Part shown: piece by piece, positions 56,924-61,869 of the stretch | Numbering within the stretch: the stretch's first letter is position 1 | Layout: each line of letters begins with the position of its first letter | IMG/VR virus record: IMGVR_UViG_3300042516_002585 | Strand: one strand, 5' to 3' | Length of the DNA: 61,869 bases | DNA from: an uncultured virus (IMG/VR IMGVR_UViG_3300042516_002585) | Lineage: Duplodnaviria; Heunggongvirae; Uroviricota; Caudoviricetes | The notes under the pieces: generated by a model | What the model was told of the DNA's origin: nothing | The model's database searches: none | Seen by the model: the letters and a program-made list of their open reading frames with translations, nothing else | Program-made: the position numbers and the translations under genes

Positions 56924-59424
56924 TGCGATTCTACACAAACGTTCAAATGGTCGGGGATAACTTTCTCGTTCGTGGTTATGAAAATGGTCAACATTTTATG
57001 ACTCGTGAGAAGTTTAACCCGACTCTTTTTGTCCCTTCAAATAAAAAAACTAAATATCAAACTCTTGGTGGAGAGTATGTTGAATCTGTTCAACCTGGAT
57101 CTGTTCGTGATTGTAGGGAGTTTATTAAAAAATATGAGGGCGTAGAAAACTTTAAAATCTATGGAAATACTGGATACATTTACCAGTATATTTCTGAAAT
57201 GTATCCAGAAGAAGAACTTAAGTTTGACATCAACAAAATTAAACTCACAACTCTTGATATTGAGGTTGCTTCTGAAAATGGATTTCCTGATGTAGAATCT
57301 GCGGCAGAGGAAGTACTGCTGATTACTATTCAAGATTATACTACCAAACAAATTAATACTTGGGGATTAGGAAAGTTTAATAATACTCAGAATAATGTCA
57401 GATATAGGTCTTTTTCTACCGAATATGATTTATTGAATGATTTCATTAACTGGTGGATGATTGAATCTAATACACCAGAAGTTGTAACTGGGTGGAATAG
57501 TAAACTGTACGATATTCCTTATCTTGTTCGACGTATTGATCGTGTTCTTGGTGAAAAACTAATGAAACGTTTGTCACCCTGGGGTCTAGTTACGGAAGAT
57601 GAAACTTATATCTCAGGTAGGAAACACGTTTGTTATGATATTGGTGGAATTTCCCAGTTAGATTATCTTGATCTTTATAAGAAGTTTACTTATAAAGCAC
57701 AAGAATCTTATCGACTTGATTATATTGCCGAAGTTGAACTTGGACAAAAGAAACTAGATCACTCTGAGTTTGATACCTTTAAGGACTTCTATACAAAGGG
57801 TTGGCAAAAGTTTGTAGAGTACAACATCAAAGACGTGGAACTTGTTGACCGAATGGAAGACAAGATGAAACTGATTGAACTTGCTCTTACTATGGCATAT
57901 GACGCCAAAGCGAACTATGAGGATGTATTCTCCCAGGTTCGTATGTGGGATACGATCATCTACAATTATCTCAAGAAGAGAAACATTGTGATTCCTCCCA
58001 AAGAACGTTCTGATAAGGATTCCAAGTATGCTGGTGCTTATGTGAAAGAACCCATTCCTGGAAAGTATGATTGGGTTGTATCTTTTGACCTTAACTCACT
58101 ATATCCTCACCTGATTATGCAGTACAATATTTCACCAGAAACTCTTTTGGATGAAAGGCACCCAAATGTAACTGTTGATAAAATTCTCAATCAACAAACC
58201 AATTTTGAATTGTATAAGGATTATGCAGTTTGTGCAAATGGGGCAATGTTCCGTAAGGATGTGCGTGGTTTTCTTCCAGAATTGATGGAGAAGATCTATA
58301 AAGATCGTACCGTCTATAAGAAGAAGATGCTTGCTGCTAAACAGGAGTATGAGAAGAAAAAAACCAAGGAGTTGGAAAAAGAGATTGCTCGATGTAACAA
58401 CATCCAAATGGCAAGGAAGATTCAACTTAACTCTGCTTATGGTGCCATTGGTAATCAGTATTTCCGATATTACAAACTAGCAAATGCAGAGGCAATCACC
58501 TTGTCAGGTCAGGTTTCTATCCGTTGGATTGAGAACAAGATGAATGCCTATTTAAATAAAATTCTCAAAACCGATGAGGTTGATTATGTCATTGCTTCTG
58601 ATACTGACTCCATTTATCTTAATATGGGTCCTTTGGTTGAAAGTGTATACAAGGGAAGAGAGAAAACTGCTCAAAGCGTTGTTTCGTTCCTTGATAAGGT
58701 CTGTCAGGTGGAATTTGAAAAGTATATTGAAAGTTGCTACCAAGAACTGGCTGAGTATGTGAATGCTTATGATCAAAAGATGCAGATGAAGCGTGAGAAT
58801 ATTGCTGAGCGTGGAATCTGGACTGCCAAGAAACGATACATTTTGAACGTCTGGGACAGTGAAGGTGTTCGTTATGAAGAACCTAAATTGAAAATGATGG
58901 GTATCGAAGCAGTTAAATCATCTACCCCTGCCCCTTGTCGCAAGATGATTAAGGATGGACTCAAATTGATGATGAGTGGAACTGAGGATGATGTTATTAA
59001 CTTTATTGATGAGTGCCGCGAAGAATTTAGAAAACTTCCCCCTGAACAAATTGCATTTCCAAGAACTGCTTCTGATGTTCGTAAATATCATTCTTCCTCT
59101 ACAATTTATGCCCAAAAGACTCCAATTCATATTCGCGGAGCACTATTATTCAATCATTATATAAAGGACAAGAAACTTACTAATAAGTATTCTTTAATTG
59201 CTAATGGAGAAAAGATTAAATTCATTTTCTTGAAAAAACCAAATATCATTCAAGAAAATGTGATTTCTTTCATTCAAGATTTTCCTAAGGAACTTGGTCT
59301 TGACAAATACATTGACTATGAATTACAATTTGAAAAGAGTTTTATTGATCCACTCAAATCTATTCTTGATGCAATTGGGTGGTCTGTCGAAAAAACTGTA
59401 AACCTTGAACTCTTTTTTACTTAA
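56923..59424 (+). CDS. gp43: DNA polymerase gp43 (family B)
   Basis: Exo DIEV, SFDLNSLYPH, KIQLNSAYG, SDTDS, KKRY; uninterrupted. Confidence 0.98.
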   Translation: MRFYTNVQMVGDNFLVRGYENGQHFMTREKFNPTLFVPSNKKTKYQTLGGEYVESVQPGSVRDCREFIKKYEGVENFKIYGNTGYIYQYISEMYPEEELKFDINKIKLTTLDIEVASENGFPDVESAAEEVLLITIQDYTTKQINTWGLGKFNNTQNNVRYRSFSTEYDLLNDFINWWMIESNTPEVVTGWNSKLYDIPYLVRRIDRVLGEKLMKRLSPWGLVTEDETYISGRKHVCYDIGGISQLDYLDLYKKFTYKAQESYRLDYIAEVELGQKKLDHSEFDTFKDFYTKGWQKFVEYNIKDVELVDRMEDKMKLIELALTMAYDAKANYEDVFSQVRMWDTIIYNYLKKRNIVIPPKERSDKDSKYAGAYVKEPIPGKYDWVVSFDLNSLYPHLIMQYNISPETLLDERHPNVTVDKILNQQTNFELYKDYAVCANGAMFRKDVRGFLPELMEKIYKDRTVYKKKMLAAKQEYEKKKTKELEKEIARCNNIQMARKIQLNSAYGAIGNQYFRYYKLANAEAITLSGQVSIRWIENKMNAYLNKILKTDEVDYVIASDTDSIYLNMGPLVESVYKGREKTAQSVVSFLDKVCQVEFEKYIESCYQELAEYVNAYDQKMQMKRENIAERGIWTAKKRYILNVWDSEGVRYEEPKLKMMGIEAVKSSTPAPCRKMIKDGLKLMMSGTEDDVINFIDECREEFRKLPPEQIAFPRTASDVRKYHSSSTIYAQKTPIHIRGALLFNHYIKDKKLTNKYSLIANGEKIKFIFLKKPNIIQENVISFIQDFPKELGLDKYIDYELQFEKSFIDPLKSILDAIGWSVEKTVNLELFFT

Positions 59425-59432
59425 AATATGAA

Positions 59433-59972
59433 ATGATCATTTCGGAACTCAATATACCATTTTATCAATTCAAAATTGAAAATTGGAAGGATAAAAAAAA
59501 TAATCTTCTTGAAATATATTCATCTGTAGAAAATATTCTAACTTCAAAAGATCCAACATCTTTGGTTTATACTGATTTTGGAATTTCTAAAATTAATTAT
59601 GTTGGACGTGTAGTTGAGGTACTGAAAGAAGATTTAGAAAAATTTTATTCAGAATCTAAAATAGGAGAGAGAGTTTCAATAAGTTGCTGGTTTCAAAAAT
59701 ATGTAAAAGGATGTTTTCATTCTCCACATAATCATGGACCTATTGGATATAGTTCTGTATGTTTCATTGAATATGATAAAAATGAACATATGCCAACAAG
59801 ATTTATTTTACCATTTAACAATATAATGACTGGAGAAATAAACGAATATTATCCAAAAAATTTAGATGAGGGCACAATTATATTTTTTCCTTCATTTTTA
59901 AATCATTATGTTTTGCCTAATAAATCTAATAAATTGAGAATTATTTTATCAATGAATATCAAAAAACTTTAA
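59433..59972 (+). CDS. 2OG-Fe(II) oxygenase superfamily protein
   Basis: W...Y..G.FH.PHNH, S.V.F, GTIIFFPSFLNH.V.PN....RIILS.N. Confidence 0.85.
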   Translation: MIISELNIPFYQFKIENWKDKKNNLLEIYSSVENILTSKDPTSLVYTDFGISKINYVGRVVEVLKEDLEKFYSESKIGERVSISCWFQKYVKGCFHSPHNHGPIGYSSVCFIEYDKNEHMPTRFILPFNNIMTGEINEYYPKNLDEGTIIFFPSFLNHYVLPNKSNKLRIILSMNIKKL

Positions 59973-59986
59973 TATGGATTACTAAA

Positions 59987-60151
59987 ATGGATTTGCCTAT
60001 TAACGATGAAGAACTGAGCACAATTGTAAGTGCTATGCACCTTGGTGGAGATGTTGCACTTTACCAAAAACTTAAACTTGTAAAAGAACTTAGGGAACAA
60101 GGTTTACCTTATAAAAAAATACTTCGTGAACAATACGGGATGGTAGCATAA
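59987..60151 (+). CDS. Small hypothetical protein (54 aa); not in ORF track
   Basis: MDLPINDEELSTIVSAMHLGGDVALYQKLKLVKEL...; TAATG-coupled to uvsX. Confidence 0.65.
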   Translation: MDLPINDEELSTIVSAMHLGGDVALYQKLKLVKELREQGLPYKKILREQYGMVA

Positions 60152-61158
60152 TGGATTTTCTTAAAGATATTGTAAAAGAAATTGGTGGTGATTACGCACA
60201 GATCGCCTCAGAAATTGATGAAACTGAAAGGTATGTTGATACAGGTTCATATATTTTTAATGCACTGGTTTCAGGTAGCATATTTGGTGGTGTATCTGGG
60301 AATAAGATTACTGCTATTGCTGGAGAGTCTTCTACTGGAAAGACTTTTTTCTCTCTCGCCGTGGTTAAGAACTTTCTTGATACTTATCCCGATGGTTACT
60401 GTATCTACTTTGACACTGAGGCTGCTATCAATAAATCTATGCTGACTGCTCGCAGTATTGACACTGATAGATTTGCCAGAGTGGAAGTAGTTACTGTTGA
60501 AGAATTTCGTAGTAAAGCACTTAAAGCAGTTGATCTTCACTTGAAAAAACCAGTAGATGAACGCAGACCTTGTATGTTTGTGCTAGACTCTTTGGGTATG
60601 CTTTCTACTGAGAAAGAAATTACTGATGCACTAAATGATAAACAAGTTCGTGATATGACTAAATCGCAACTTATTAAGGGTGCTTTTCGTATGCTTACTT
60701 TAAAACTAGGGCAAGCAAATATTCCAATGATTGTTACCAATCACACCTACGATGTTATTGGCGCATATGTTCCTACAAAAGAAATGGGTGGTGGTAGTGG
60801 TCTTAAATATGCTGCTTCCACGATTATTCACCTTTCCAAGAAAAAGGAAAAGGATGGAACAGAAGTCGTTGGAAATATTATCAAGGCAAAGACTGCTAAG
60901 TCGCGTCTAAGTAAGGAGAATAAGGATGTTGAGGTACGCCTTTATTATGATGAGCGTGGTCTTGATCGTTACTATGGTCTTCTTGAACTCGGTGAGATTG
61001 GCGGACTTTGGAAGAATGTAGCAGGACGCTATGAGATTGATGGTAAGAAAATCTATGGTAAACAGATTCTTGCCAATCCCGATGAATACTTTACCGAAGA
61101 AGTAATGCAGCAACTTGATGCTGTCGCGAAACAACATTTCTCTTATGGAACGAATTGA
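60151..61158 (+). CDS. uvsX: RecA-like recombinase UvsX
   Basis: DTGSY.FNAL.SG, AGESSTGKT, FDTE, LDSLG, MGGGSGLKYAAS. Confidence 0.96.
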   Translation: MDFLKDIVKEIGGDYAQIASEIDETERYVDTGSYIFNALVSGSIFGGVSGNKITAIAGESSTGKTFFSLAVVKNFLDTYPDGYCIYFDTEAAINKSMLTARSIDTDRFARVEVVTVEEFRSKALKAVDLHLKKPVDERRPCMFVLDSLGMLSTEKEITDALNDKQVRDMTKSQLIKGAFRMLTLKLGQANIPMIVTNHTYDVIGAYVPTKEMGGGSGLKYAASTIIHLSKKKEKDGTEVVGNIIKAKTAKSRLSKENKDVEVRLYYDERGLDRYYGLLELGEIGGLWKNVAGRYEIDGKKIYGKQILANPDEYFTEEVMQQLDAVAKQHFSYGTN

Positions 61159-61869
61159 GACAACTATTCTCAGAAATCTTGTATTTAATGAAAATTATTC
61201 ACGAAAGGTAATTCCTTTTATACAACCTAATTATTTTGAGCAAAGAACTGAAAAAGTAGTCTTTCAGGAAATAGTAAACTTCATTGTTAAGTATGGTTCT
61301 GCAATTACGGTTGAAGCACTTAATATTGAAGTAGAAAATAGAACTGATCTTTCAGATGGAGAAATCAAAGATATTCGTGAAATTACAAAATCTTTAAACG
61401 ATTCTCCTGTTGATTCTCAGTGGTTACTTGATACCACCGAAAAGTGGTGCCGAGATCGTGCCATTTATTTGGCACTTATGGAATCAATTCATATTGCAGA
61501 TGGTGAAGATGAAAAGAAAAATCGTGATGCAATTCCATCAATTCTTTCTAATGCACTAGCAGTATCTTTTGATAACCATATTGGACACGATTATCTTCAA
61601 GATTATGAAGAACGATACGACTCTTATCACAGGAAAGAAAATCGCATTCCTTTTGACATTGAGTATTTTAACAAGATTACAAAAGGTGGTCTTCCTAATA
61701 AGACTCTCAACATCGCTCTTGCTGGGACAGGTGTTGGTAAGTCTCTTTTCATGTGTCATATGGCTAGCGCCTGTGTGCTTGACGGACGTAATGTGCTTTA
61801 CATTACAATGGAGATGGCAGAGGAGAAAATTGCTGAGCGTATTGATGCAAACCTTCTCAATGTTCCGAT
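61145..61869 (+). CDS. gp41: Replicative helicase gp41, 3'-truncated; not in ORF track
   Basis: MERIETTILRNL..., TEKWCRDRAIY, Walker A LAGTGVGKSLFMCH, ITMEMAEEKIAERIDAN; runs off the window end. Confidence 0.95.
   Translation, partial: MERIETTILRNLVFNENYSRKVIPFIQPNYFEQRTEKVVFQEIVNFIVKYGSAITVEALNIEVENRTDLSDGEIKDIREITKSLNDSPVDSQWLLDTTEKWCRDRAIYLALMESIHIADGEDEKKNRDAIPSILSNALAVSFDNHIGHDYLQDYEERYDSYHRKENRIPFDIEYFNKITKGGLPNKTLNIALAGTGVGKSLFMCHMASACVLDGRNVLYITMEMAEEKIAERIDANLLNVP

Noticed and set aside
24627..61158. Inteins or introns in gp17, gp20, gp23, uvsW, gp46, gp43, uvsX
   Set aside because: Lengths are ordinary, motifs are contiguous, and no C...HN intein termini were seen.
1..61869. tRNA genes, CRISPR arrays, reverse transcriptase/DGR, photosynthesis genes
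   Set aside because: Intergenic gaps are short and accounted for by promoters and terminators. By eye I found no cloverleaf, repeat-spacer array, RT motif or psbA/hli gene; tRNAscan and Infernal were not run.

Overview
A 62-kb piece of a T4-like myovirus genome, most like the T4-type cyanophages. The host is an inference from gene content (cobS-like ATPase, hsp20, 2OG-Fe(II) oxygenase, cyanophage-like synteny); no photosynthesis genes lie in the window. Every credible gene is on the + strand. Gene order: baseplate and tail (gp7-like, 5'-truncated; gp8; a 2540-aa VrlC-like protein; fibre), neck and packaging (gp13-17), tail and head (gp18-23, gp3), then recombination and replication (uvsY, uvsW, gp55, gp47, gp46, peptidase/vWA plus CobS-like AAA, gp45, denV-like, gp44, dam, gp62, regA, hsp20, gp43, uvsX, gp41 3'-truncated). 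The most notable signal is a dispersed set of late-promoter accessory genes that look like capsid-packaged cargo. Three carry an N-terminus matching the T4 internal-protein capsid-targeting sequence (MK[T/S]FxxFxxE), and one of these is an RlpA-type lytic transglycosylase. Four others share a conserved 'L..EG[YF]A...A..I...MSE.W' module, three of them fused to variable cargo segments. One more looks like a gp21-cleavable polyprotein. Other highlights: a ROSE-like RNA thermometer in the hsp20 leader, a GIY-YIG endonuclease apparently inserted at the uvsW start codon, a near-consensus antisense sigma70 promoter upstream of g55, a PD-(D/E)XK nuclease candidate next to dam, and a repeated upstream motif at two early promoters. 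I saw no tRNA, rRNA, CRISPR array, intein or intron. All calls are by eye; no database searches were run.
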